Assembly: GCA_050613775.1 (NCBI GenBank)
Contig: JBODTK010000131.1
Location: forward strand, 434,001 to 481,610
DNA: 47,610 bases
Reading direction: 5' to 3'
From: Neocallimastix sp. 'constans'
Lineage: Eukaryota
Of this stretch, positions 13,101 to 25,523 are shown in pieces (position 1 is the stretch's first letter; the number at the start of each line of letters is the position of its first letter). A program made the translations under genes and the position numbers. The notes beneath the pieces were generated by a model that saw nothing but the letters and a program-made list of their open reading frames with translations, did not search any database and had not been told where the DNA came from.

Positions 13101-13760
13101 TGATACGATACCACTATAAAAATAAGATTTAGGTAGGAAATTTAGGTTAGAAATATTGTATAAATATTATTGGTCATAATAATTAAAATAATTTATATAT
13201 AGTTATTCAAATAATTATTTTTAAAAGCATGGTTAATTCTTTTATCATAATTAAAATAGATAAATTATATTATTAATGATTCTATTATTATGATAATAAA
13301 TTAATTCATCATTATTATTAATAAGTTTTATTTTATATTTTAAATATTATTTTGAGAATTATATAGTTTTAGGAGTTATATTATAAATATTGATGATTAT
13401 ATTTTATTTAGGAAATATATTTTTAAATATTGATAGTTATATATTATTTAATTATGAAAATGTATTATTAAATAAACTTATTAGGAAATTAATAGTTAAA
13501 GAGATATGTTTAATAAAAAATATAATATTAAATAATAATTTTAACAATTATATAAAATTAAGAGAATGTAATAATAAATATTTATGTATGTAAAAATAAA
13601 ATTATAAAAATAAATAAAGAATAAAATATTATTATAAAACATTATTATTATAAATTATTTTCTTATATTTATTAGAATATATTATCGTGTCATAATTCCC
13701 TAGAGAAACGACCAAATAAATAAATAACTAGATATGGAATATTTTAAATATACTGTATCA
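13101..13760 (+). repeat. Element A 3' LTR
   Basis: Copy of 10160-10819, followed by TSD ACTG. Confidence 0.95.
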
Positions 13761-14760
13761 ACTGTGGTAAAGAATGAATTAATAACCTTTATTTTATTAT
13801 TAATAATTCTTTACTAAATTGTACTTTCCTATATTCTTGATAACCTAAACTTAATAATAAAATTTAATTTATTTTGATATAAATTAATTTTAACTTGTAA
13901 ATAATGTAAATAAATTTTAATTAATTACTTTATTGTTATATTATTAAATATATGTATATATTAAAATACAATTGTAAATATTAAAATTATACTTTTAAAA
14001 TACTAAATTATTAAAAACTATTAATTAAATATTATTATAAAAATTATTATAAAATTATTAAAATTATTAATTAAATATTATTATAAAAATTATTATAAAT
14101 TATTAATATTATAAAATTATTAAAATTATTAAATATTATTATAAAAATTTATTTATTATAACTATTAAATATTATTATAAAATTATTAAGATTATTAATT
14201 AAATTTATTATTAAAAATTATTATTAAAAATTATTACTTATTATAAAAATTATTATTTAAATATTATCAAATTTATTAATTAAATATTATAAAAATTTTA
14301 TTTTATTTTGAAAATAATTACAAGTATTATTTAAAATAATTAAAGATTATTAAATTTATTATATTAATCTTTAAAAACAATTTATTTAACTTAAAAATAT
14401 CAAAGAAAATAGTAAAAACTATTTTCTATATATTTATTTTATAATTATTTTTAATTAAATTATATTTGAATATTATATTATTATATTTATAAAAATTAAA
14501 ACAAAAATGAATTATTGATATAAAATTAATTCAATAATTCTATAAAATTACTTAAATTATAAACAAATAATTATACCTTAAATTCAAAAAAAATTATAAA
14601 TATTGTAAATATTTCTTAAAAATTAAATATGTGTACTTTAAATAATAAAATTTTATATTAATAAAAAAAAAATAAAATAACTTTTAATAAAGAATTATTT
14701 TTTTTTAAATCAAAGCAGCGTAATACCCGTCCCCCCCTGCTTGATTTTAAATATCTAAGT

Positions 14761-14779
14761 GTCAACCCCGAGTCTACCA
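14761..14779 (-). promoter_or_regulatory. Primer binding site of C1 element (tRNA unassigned)
   Basis: Minus-strand TGGTAGACTCGGGGTTGAC, 2 nt after LTR end ..TTTTACA. Confidence 0.65.
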
Positions 14780-14781
14780 AT

Positions 14782-15339
14782 TGTAAAAGGTAAGTTTATT
14801 ATTAACTAAAATAACGAATAATAACTAATTCTAAAGGCTAAGATAACTTAACACCTCTCTATTCGAGTTGTTAATAATAAACACTAAATTAATTAATTCT
14901 ATAATTATTATTTCTTATTACACTAGAATATAGCGCAGCACTTTATAACTCTATTTGTTATCAGTTACTGGGCTTACACTGAGCAATATTTTTTATTTAA
15001 TAATTATATTTTTTATTTAATAATATTAATATTTATAATAACAATTTACGTTAATAGTAACGCTAGTGCGTTACAGTTACAAGTTCAATTATTATTTATA
15101 CATGTCAATAATATTATGATTGGTAAATAATTTAATTTAACTTAGTTTACTAATCACTAAATAAAATATATTTAAATAAATATTTAACTATATAATTATT
15201 TATAAATTAATAAAATTTAATGTACGAAAGTAATAAAAGATTTTATTTGATTAGCCGAAATTGCTAGCTGTTTAGAGATACGTTACGTAACCAAAGAACT
15301 ATCATTGGATAGGCTTGAAGTTACCATGTATCTGTTACA
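14782..15339 (-). repeat. Family C LTR copy 1 (5' LTR of a largely deleted element)
   Basis: TGTAA..TTACA ends; near-identical to 21442-21993 and 30955-31511; PBS adjacent on the left. Confidence 0.85.
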
Positions 15340-15346
15340 GGTATGT

Positions 15347-15959
15347 TGTTATAGTTTGCTTATTATCTTAATTTAGAATTTAATTTCTAAAAGTGATAAT
15401 AAGTATAACAAAATTAAATGTTTTATAATCAATAAATTAAAATTTTATTAAAACACAAAATATCTTAAACTTATAAAAAAAAAAGCAAATTTCTTTTAAG
15501 TTAAAAGATAATAAAATTTTAAATTAATAATTTTTGAGAAATTAATTATTTTTTTTTTATTAATTCTGTTTCTTTAAATTTGAGATTATTTATACAAGTT
15601 TATATATTTTTCTTTTAAATTAAAGATTTTAAAATAAAACTATCTAATTATTATTTTTAAACAATTATCATTATTTTTAAACTAAAGTTTACATTAAGAT
15701 TTTTATAATATATCATTTTTAATTTTTATTATCAAAATTACATTGTTCTTTAAAATAAAATATTTAATATTTAATAATTTTAATTATTTTAACAATTTAA
15801 TTTATTTATATTATTTATTTAAAATATTTACTTTTATTATTATTAATTAATTTATAGTTATTGTTTAGATGGTAATATGATTTATTTTATTTTGTTTAAT
15901 AATTTTATTCATTTTCAATAATATAATGTTTTATTGATTTATAATTTAATCCTTTATCA
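15347..15959 (-). repeat. Element B 3' LTR
   Basis: 613 bp; preceded on the minus strand by PPT-like ATGGAGGA and the hairpin. Confidence 0.93.
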
Positions 15960-16020
15960 AGTCCTCCATGCTTAAAATGATACTTCGTCTCTTGAAGTAT
16001 TAAAATTTTCTTCTCTAATA

Positions 16021-18586
16021 TTATAAGGAAAAAATATTTTTAATATGAACATTTCTTGGTAATAATTTTCCTGTTTGGGGATCTTCCAAAACTACTGTAT
16101 TAAATATTGGTTTTCTAACTACTTTAAATGGTCCGTAAAAGTATGGGTCTAATTTTGATCTATTTATTAATTTAATCATAAAGTAATCTCCAACTTTATA
16201 TTTTCTTTTCAATGCTTTTGAAAATCCGATCCTGTGTTCCCAATATTTATTTGCATATTCTGAATATTCGATTGCTTCCTTTACCCACTTATAATGTCTC
16301 AAAAATCTCCTAAAGTTAAATTCTTCCTCACTTTCTCCTTCTTCCTGATGTATATCCGGAAACATTATCTCCATTGGCCATGTATCTGTTCGTCCATATA
16401 ATAACTCGAAACTACTGAATTTTGTTTTTTTACTCTTTGTTGTTCTTAGTGCCCATAATACTGATGGTAGGCATTCATCCCATTCCTTTTCATTCTCCAG
16501 TAAAAGTCTCAATATTTTCCCAATTTCTCTATTCCTGTTTTCGATCATTCCGTTTGATGGGGGTGGTGAGGTGAAACAAAATGAACCCATGATCCATAAA
16601 GATCTATCATCATCTTTGTTATATCTGAAATAAACGAACTTCCACTGTCTGTGATTATTAATTCCGGTGGTTCATGACGTGCTATAACTTCTGTCAAAAA
16701 TTTGATAACTTGATCTGATCTAATATCTGGTATAGCCTTTGCTTCAGGCCATTTAGTAAAGTAATCTACTAAAGTTATAATATAATTGTTACCTTGTTTC
16801 GTTGTTGGTAATGGTCCAACAATATCCAATCCCACTCTGGTGAACGGCCTTTCTACTGGTGTTATATGGTCATCAGTATTTTTAGCGATTGGTTTTGGCC
16901 TGAAGAGTTGACACCTATGGCAAGACTTTACCCACATTTTAACATCGCTCCAGATTCCAGGCCAATAATACGATTGTAATATTCTAAGAGTTGTTTTTTC
17001 AGCTCCTTCGTGGCCGACGTTATGTGCTCTATCTATTATGTTTTTCTTATCTTCATCTCTAACGATAACTTTCAAATACATATTATTTCTTTTATAATAT
17101 AAAGTATTGTTTATTATTTGATGTCTTTAGTCCTTCGATTGTTAGAACGTGACCTAATACTTCAACTTTATCTTTGAAAAATTGGCATTTTTGAAGATTA
17201 ATTGATAAATTATATTTGGAAAATATTTCAAATACTTGCTTTAAGTGATTGATGTGTTCTTTCATACTTTTTGAATAAACTACAATGTCATCAATATATA
17301 CAAACAAACATTCACCTATTAATGGCAGTAAAATTCTAATCATTTCACGTTGAAATGATGCCGGTGCATTGGTTAAACCAAAGGGCATCACTAGAAAATT
17401 GTAGTTACCGTATTTCGTAGTAAATGCAGTCTTTTCTATATCATCTTTGTTCATGGGTATTTGGTGATACCCGGAAAATAGATCTAATGCTGAAAAAATT
17501 TTCGCTCCTCTTACTGATGTTATGAGTTCATCTATGAATGGTAGTGCATATGAGTCTTTTATTGTTATATTATTTAATTTTCTGTAATCAATGCACATTC
17601 TCCATTTTCCATTCTTTTTCTGTACCAAAAGAACTGGAAAAGACCATGGAGAGTGAGATGGCTCAATTAGTCCTTTCTTTAGTAAGGATACAATTTCTTT
17701 TTTTAATATTTCTGAGTGCTCCTTAGACATTTTATATGGTTTTAATTTTATTGGGTTGTTTGTAAGTGTTATTATAGAATGTGGTTCTAGTTTTGCTGTG
17801 GATAACTGGGAAAGTGATGTTGCCATACAACTCTTATTGTTTAATATTAAATTTCTAAATTCTGTTTTTATTTCCTCTGGTACATTACTAATAATTTCTT
17901 CTAAAGTTTTATTGAATTCTTTTTCCTCTTCATCTGTAATAATTACTGCGTTAATAAGTGGTGTATTATTGCCATTATCATTTATAATTTCTACAATTTT
18001 TTGTTAAACTGTTATCGTCATTTTTTTGATAAATAGAATCATCGTCAGGATCTATTAATAGTCTGTATTTTTTTTGTATGCTTCTCCCAATGATTATGTC
18101 ATAAAAAGGATTAGTATAATCAATGATATAAAATTTATCATATATTACCAGTTTATCATTAATTTTTAATTTTAAATCAGTATAATAATTTGTTAATACA
18201 ATAGTATTATCCGCTAATTTAATTTCAATTTCTTTATCCATTTTATTTATGTTTTTACATTTTAATTTATTGTAACTTTATTGTGTTATAATATTTATGT
18301 TAGCCCCAGTATCAAATAAAACCTTTAATGGTATATTATAACTTTCCCCAATAATAATAGGAATATTAGTGTTGGCTATGGAGCAGATAATCTTTTCAAC
18401 TCTGGGCTTTAATTTTTGTTCTAATTCTTTTCTTATAGATGGGCTAGCTGCTAAAAGTTGCGATAGGTTTATTTTTGGGAATAAATTTTTAAACTCTTCT
18501 GTGATGTTAAATTTTTGATCTTTTTCTAATAGTTGTATTTCAGTCATGTTTCTTTTTGTAAGTACTTTTGATTGTTTTTTTTTATA

Positions 18587-18618
<32 letters not shown>

Positions 18619-19084
18619 CCATTTCGTTATCATTATTACTAGTTGCATTGTTATTATTTTTATGACTACTATTTCCATTGTGGATATTATTATTATTATC
18701 ACTTATTTGTTCTAAATTTGAATTTTTATTTTCTTTAGAGATTTCTTCTTCATTATCTGGTTCATTTTCACTTTCATTAATTTCCATTTCTTCATTTTCA
18801 CTTATTATTTGCATTCTTCTTCTTTTATCTCTAATTTCTAGTTTTTGTTGCTTAACTAATTTGGTTCTTGGTTGGTTTAATATTGCTGGTTTAACAATTG
18901 ATTTTTTAAAAGAATTTGATTTATGTGATATATTTGGTGTATTTTCTTTTTGGACTACGTTTATTGCATATGGTTGATTTTTTTCATTGAATTTAATATT
19001 TTTATAAAGATTATTATTTTTGAATGTTGTAGTTGCAATTTTGTTTAAATTGGAAGATTGCGTACTCCCAATATTTAGTTTAAA
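16021..19084 (-). pseudogene. pol: B pol: protease, RT, integrase; split into several ORFs, RNase H deleted
   Basis: LFDTGANIN (PR), CIDYRKLN/YIDD (RT), AHNVGHEG..CHRC, GLDIVGPLP, TDSG (IN), LDPYFYGPFKV. Confidence 0.92.
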
Positions 19085-20027
19085 GATTCATCATCATTGT
19101 CAATATTATTATTTTCGTTGTTGTATTTATTATCATCGTCACTGCATTCTTCCTTATTATGTCCTTGTAAATAGTTTACACAGAAATTTAATGTTAATTC
19201 TGATAATTTCTTTGTTAATTCTTCCATTTCGTTGTTGTTTAGTTTATTTTTATTATTATTATCATTTGTTTTATTTGTTAACCTTGAATTGTTGTAATAA
19301 TCATTTACATGTTGTCTATTATAATTAGTATTCTTATTTTGATTGTAATAGTTATAATGATTATTATATTTGTGTTTATTTTCATTATTATTTACATTTT
19401 GATTTTGAAAATTTTTATTTGAATAATTATAATGTGTGTCAAGTTTCCTATCACTATTAGAAGATTTTACTTTATTATTCGATCCTTTTTCTTTATTTTC
19501 TTTAATTAATTTCATTATTTTTTCTTTCTTAGAGGTTATCTTCATTGCTTCTTCTAATGTTATTGGCTCTTCTTCCATTAAACTTTCGTAAATTCTTGGC
19601 CAGTTTCTAAAAGCGTTTATGTAATATGAGATAATTATAACTTCAGATATATTAACAGTTTTACTGACTTGATTTAGTAAATCAGAAAATCTCAAGTCGA
19701 AGTCAGATATACTCTCGTCCTTCTTGATTGTAATAGATGATAGCTCCAATATTCTCGAATTTTTAGTGGATGACTTTTTAAAGTGTTTACTCAGATTGGT
19801 TAAGATAGTTTCATAACTATCCGGAGTTTTTTATTTAATGAATTATAAACTATTGTTCTAGCAGTTTTATCTGTAATAGCAAAGAGGTAATCCACTTTTT
19901 CGGATTCTACTTTAATGCCAAATGTTTTGCACCAATGATCAAACGCAAATTTCCATTCGTCAAATGAACTTTTTGAACTTCCTAAAATAGGAATTCATTT
20001 AAATGTTAAAGCTTTTGTTTGATCCAT
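19075..20027 (-). pseudogene. gag: B gag (premature stop and frameshift)
   Basis: MDQTKALTFK*IPILG.. homologous to E Gag METTTKAITFSRLPILG; degenerate CCHC. Confidence 0.85.
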
Positions 20028-20807
20028 CTTATTACTATATAATTATTTAAGTGGTTCTTTTATTATTATTAAATGAATTAATTAAAATTTAATATCCAAT
20101 ATTTTATTTTATTTATTTTATTTTATATTATTTAATTTTATTTTATTTTATTTTATTTTATTTTATTTTTTTATTTTTATTTTTATTTTTATTTTTATTT
20201 TTATTTTTATTTTTATCTTTATTTTTATTTTTATTTTTATTTTTATTTTTTTTTTTTTTTTTTTATCTATATTATTTTATTAATAATTTCTTTTAAATTT
20301 ATTTATTTATTTTATATATTAGTATGTATTACTATTTTTTTTATAAATATATATATAAATATACTATTATATTTTACTATACTTTATTTTGATTATATGT
20401 TAAATTTATTATATTAATTATACTTTATTAATTATATATTTAATTTATATTTATATTTATGTACTTGAACATATTAGTTTATATTTATTAAATATTGTAT
20501 ATATATTTTTTTAATATTTTCGTATCTTTATTTTAAATTTAATTTGTGTAACAATATTTTCTTTTTAATATCTTATACTATTAGATATATTATCAATTAA
20601 CTTATAATTTATTGTTTATTAATTTAATATATTTAACAACATATTTTCAATATATTATTTATATATTATTTCCTTAAATTTTATTATAAATTATTAAATT
20701 AACTGTGACTGTAACAAAAAAAAAAAAAATTTTATTTGAATTTCAATTTTCAAATATCTTACCACTATTTGAAAATTTATTTTTATATTATACTTATCAC
20801 CGGCCTT

Positions 20808-20823
20808 AGAGGATTCTCCACCA
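20808..20823 (-). promoter_or_regulatory. B primer binding site, tRNA-Ala-like
   Basis: Minus-strand TGGTGGAGAATCCTCT, 2 nt from the 5' LTR. Confidence 0.85.
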
Positions 20824-20825
20824 GT

Positions 20826-21440
20826 TGTTATAGTTTGCTTATTATCTTAATTTAGAATTTAATTTCTAAAAGTGATAATAAGTATAACAAAATTAAATGT
20901 TTTATAATCAATAAATTAAAATTTTATTAAAACACAAAATATCTTAAACTTATAAAAAAAAAAAAGCAAATTTCTTTTAAGTTAAAAGATAATAAAATTT
21001 TAAATTAATAATTTTTGAGAAATTAATTATTTTTTTTTTATTAATTCTGTTTCTTTAAATTTGAGATTATTTATACAAGTTTATATATTTTTCTTTTAAA
21101 TTAAAGATTTTAAAATAAAACTATCTAATTATTATTTTTAAACAATTATCATTATTTTTAAACTAAAGTTTACATTAAGATTTTTATAATATATCATTTT
21201 TAATTTTTATTATAAAAATTACATTGTTCTTTAAAATAAAATATTTAATATTTAATAATTTTAATTATTTTAACAATTTAATTTATTTATATTATTTATT
21301 TAAAATATTTACTTTTATTATTATTAATTAATTTATAGTTATTGTTTAGATGGTAATATGATTTATTTTATTTTGTTTAATAATTTTATTCATTTTCAAT
21401 AATATAATGTTTTATTGATTTATAATTTAATCCTTTATCA
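20826..21440 (-). repeat. Element B 5' LTR
   Basis: 615 bp copy of 15347-15959. Confidence 0.93.
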
Positions 21441-21441
21441 A

Positions 21442-21993
21442 TGTAGAAGGTACGTTTATTATTAACTAAAATAACGAATAATAATTAAATCTAAAGGCTA
21501 AGATAACATACCTCTCTATCCGAGTTGTTAATAATAAACACTAAATTAATTAATTTATAACTATTATTTCCTATTACACTAGAATATAGCGCAGCACTAT
21601 ATAACTCTATTTGTTATCAGTTGCTGGGCTTACACTGAGTAATATATTTTATTTAATAATTATGTTTTATTTATTAATATTAATATTTTTATCAACAATT
21701 TACGTTAATAGTAACGCTAGTGCGTTACAGTTACAAGTTCAATTGTTATTTATACATGTCAATAATATTATGATTGGTAAATAATTTAATTTAACTTAGT
21801 TTACTAATCACTAAATAAAATGTATTTATCTAAGTATTTAACTATATAATTAATTATAAAATAATAAAATTTAATGTACGAAATTAATAAAAGATTTTAT
21901 TTGATTAGCCAAAATTGCTAGCTGTTTAGAGATACGTTACGTAACCAAAGAACTATCATTGGATAGGCTTGGAGTTACCATGTATCTGTTACA
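21442..21993 (-). repeat. Family C solo LTR (C2)
   Basis: Homologous to C1/C3. Followed by TGGTA, which matches the tRNA-Val upstream flank 10152-10156. Confidence 0.85.
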
Positions 21994-23205
21994 TGGTATG
22001 TTATGATACGATATATTAATAAATAGTTAAAATTAGTAAAATTATTGATAGTAATGTTGAAATTATAACTGAATTGAAATCTCAATTTCAGTTATTCACA
22101 TTTCAATATACATTTAATTAATAATTAATATAAATTCTTATTTAATATTTAAAGAATTATCTTAGGCCTAATAATTCTGAAAATATTAATAAATAAGATT
22201 TATATTAATAATTTCAATTATTTACATATGACGTCACATGTATTTATTTATATTATGTTTATATATATGTTTATATCATATATATTAATTACTATTTTTA
22301 ATTATTCAAATTAATTATACAAATTAAATTTATTTAATTATATTAAATATTTTAAACATATCGATATTGTTATTATTTTAATATTTTATTAATATTCATT
22401 TTATTATATTATTATTATCCTATAATTAAATACTATTATTATGTAACTTACAAAGTATAAAAGAAAGATGTAAAAATCTATCTTTTATGTTCTTTGTAAG
22501 GTTATTGTATTTACAATAATTATATACTAATAATTCAATAAATAAATATTTTCATAAATCCTTCAAGGAAATTATTATTTAAAATATTCTTAGATATTAA
22601 GTGTTTAAATAACTTAACTATTTAAATTATATTATTTTAATTATATTATTATTAATTAATTATTGTTGGATTATTAATATATAATTCAACATATTAACCT
22701 AGTAACGTTATTAATCATAAAACTATTTTATATCTTAATTTTAACAAGTAAAAATAATATAATTTTTAAAGTTAAATAGTTATTTTATGTTTAGTATAAT
22801 ATTAAAAGAATATAAATAAACAGTTAGTTAGTTAGTTAATTTAAGTAAGAGATATGTATAAAATATTCTAGAAATAATTATATAATAATATTGAATTAGA
22901 GGAGTAATTAATATTCTTATATAGATTATAATAGAATAATAATTGCATAATTGGTTGTACTTAAATTAAATAAAGATAAATAATAAAGAAAGATTGACAT
23001 ATTTAAATTATTGTGAGAATTATTATTATTGAAGTATAATTATTCTTATAGAATTTATTAAGTGTTTACGCATAAGATTACACCCTGATCCCTATACAAG
23101 TTAAAAATCTTGTATCAAAATTGGTGAAGAATCCGGGCGTTGCAATATTGGAAATTAATATGAAAATAATAATAATAATTAATAATTTTTAAAAATAAAT
23201 TTATA

Positions 23206-23236
<31 letters not shown>

Positions 23237-23592
23237 TTAATTCTTATTATGTGTAATAAAATAAATAGTAATATTTGATATATTATTATAAAAGGCATAT
23301 TAATATAAAATTATATTTTAATAGTATTTTTAATATAATAAAAAAAAATAGTATAATTGATTAAACGAATTAATAAGAGAATATAAATCTTTGAGATAAT
23401 TATCAATTATTATTAGTTTATAGGAGGGAGATAAATAATAATATTGATGAATTATGATAAGATTGTATATTAATTATATAATTGTATTAATCAGTTTCTA
23501 TTATCTTTATTATAAAAAAAAATTTATTAACTATATTTTATTAATTAAATGCGCCTTTAGTAAATAAATAAGAAAGTAAATACTAAGCCAAA

Positions 23593-24006
23593 ATGAATTC
23601 TAAATCAAATATTTTAGAAGATATTATTGGATATAAAAAAATTAACGGAATAATGAATAATATTATTAAAGGAATTGATGACATTTCAAGAGAAATAATA
23701 ATGAAAAACGCGTTCTTGGAATATAATAATATTTATAAAATTTCAACTAAAAAAATAAATTTTAAACTTGAGGAGAAATTAAAAATTGTTGAAGTAAGAG
23801 AAATAAAATTGGAAAAGAAACCAATTAAAAATATTAGTAAAAAAGTAAGAAAAGAAAAAAGAAAAGTAAAAAGGGAAAATGATAAATGCATAAATATCAT
23901 TATTAAAATATTAATTATTAAAATTAGTAATAACAGGAAAGACACGAAAACAGTTGAACGTAATTACAAAAACAAAAAAAAAAAATTTGCAATTCAAAAT
24001 TTATAA
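23593..24006 (+). pseudogene. Remnant of the C-terminal tail of an A-type Gag
   Basis: NNRKDTKTVERNYKNKKKK vs A NNRKDTKCIIRNYKYKRKRK; KLEKKPIK vs KLLESKPID. Confidence 0.65.
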
Positions 24007-24105
24007 TTTCAAAATTTTACATTTTAAAATTTAACATTTCAAAATTTTACATTTTAAAATTTAACATTTCAAAATTTTACATTTTAAAATTTAACATTTC
24101 AAAAT
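24006..24105 (+). repeat. 30-bp tandem repeat x3.3
   Basis: ATTTCAAAATTTTACATTTTAAAATTTAAC repeated perfectly three times plus a partial unit. Confidence 0.9.
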
Positions 24106-24724
24106 CAAAATTTCAAAATTTCGAAATTTCAAAATTTCAAAAATTCATGTTAATAAATAAATGAATAAAAATAAATAATTAAATAAAAATAAATAATTAA
24201 AATGCTTTTTTCCAGAGACTTCAGGGGACGAAGTCTAATTTCAGCAGGGAGGTCTTGATACGGGATGAATAAATAAATATAAAAATTAATAAATTTAGAA
24301 AAATAATAAAATAAAATTTAATTAAAGTTAAAATAAAAATTATATAGTTTAAAATAATAATAAACAATAAAAAAAATTAAAAAATAAATAAATTAAAATA
24401 AGAATTATTAAGAAAAAAAAATATTTTAGAGATAGAGAAAATAAATATAAATAAAAGGTCTTAGAGAGAGGCCTTAATTGAGATTTTTAGTTTGTAATAA
24501 TTAGTAAAATAAAATAATAAAAGTAATGTTAAAAATGTAATTAATGTAAAATTTAAATAATTATAAATAAAGTATTAAATATAAAATAATAAAATATTTA
24601 AGTTTTATTTAATATAATTATTGTGTTAAAATTATTAATTGTTTTATTAGAATATATTAATTTTCCTCAAATAAAATATTGCAAGTCCCATAAAAGTATA
24701 CGATAATAAAAATATCGTATCAGT

Positions 24725-25523
24725 TGATTTATACCTGATATTCTTAATCTACAAAAATTAAATTTTGTAGAAGTGAATAAGAGGATAAATACTGAATAAA
24801 ATAGATTTAAGAAATTTAAAAAAAATAAATATGTTTTATTATTAAACACAAAAATGTTTTATTAAAAAATTTATTTTTATTTTAATATTAATCTTTATTT
24901 ATTTAATAATTAATTTTGTTTAAATTAATAAAATAATCGTTAAAACTAATAAAATAATAAAAATGAAATATTTATTATTTATACTAATTTATTTTAAATT
25001 TTAATAATAAAATTGATTATTAATAACTAATAAAATATCTATAATAATTTATTAAATAATTAATAATAAAGAATAATTCATAAGAAATATTTACATGTTT
25101 TTATATTTTTCTTTGATTTTAAACTATTTACATTAAAAATAATAAAATTAATAAAAGAGAAATAAAGAATAATTTATTATTAAATTAAACAATATTTACA
25201 ATTAAAATATTAATAAAGATGAGTTTTAAAATGTTATTTTAATTACAATTTGTATATAAAAGTTGAGTTATAAAATAAATAAAATAATCATTATTTTAAA
25301 TAAAAGTAACTTAAAAATTATTTAACTATTTAATTTTAATTTTGCGATGTTTATAAGTTTGTTTATTTGTTATTTATAATTTATTAAATATGTTTATTAT
25401 TTTGTTTATTTGTAGTTTTAGAAAAATATTATTTATTAATTTATTTTAGTTTTTAATTAAAATTATTAATGATTAATTAATTTATTATTATTTTATTTTA
25501 ATTATTTTTATTTAATTAATTTT
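24725..25523 (-). repeat. Truncated, diverged family E LTR (E')
   Basis: Colinear with 37628-~38430 with scattered substitutions; breaks off and joins Copia integrase sequence. Confidence 0.85.

Larger units (their letters stand above)
10160..13760 (+). mobile_element. Element A: gag-only non-autonomous Gypsy-derived LTR retrotransposon
   Basis: 660-bp LTRs (TGATAC..GTATCA) that look identical, ACTG TSD (10156-10159 / 13761-13764), PBS, PPT, single gag-like ORF, no pol. Confidence 0.93.
15347..21440 (-). mobile_element. Element B: defective Ty3/Gypsy LTR retrotransposon lacking RNase H
   Basis: LTRs 15347-15959 and 20826-21440 (one substitution and an A-run length difference seen). ATGT TSD, tRNA-Ala PBS, broken gag-PR-RT-IN. 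Confidence 0.93.
22004..24722 (+). mobile_element. Element F: non-autonomous relative of A with two dissimilar LTRs
   Basis: TGATACG..GTATCA block 22004-23117, PBS 23122-23140 (TGGTGAAGAATCCGGGCGT), A-like ORF tail, hairpin+PPT 24216-24255, second TGATACG..CGTATCA block 24256-24722. Flanks GTTA/GTTG. Confidence 0.75.

Noticed and set aside
10449..13593. Duplicated 67-aa ORFs (10449-10652, 13390-13593)
   Set aside because: They lie inside the two A LTRs, have a non-ATG start and low complexity; useful only as evidence of LTR identity.
14782..21993. C1 and C2 as the two LTRs of one element enclosing B
   Set aside because: After removing B only GGTA separates them, and C1's PBS is on its outer side, so they are separate insertions.
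24006..24105. 30-bp repeats as a possible CRISPR array
   Set aside because: Head-to-tail repeats without spacers in a eukaryotic context; related TTCAAAA repeats also follow A's ORF.
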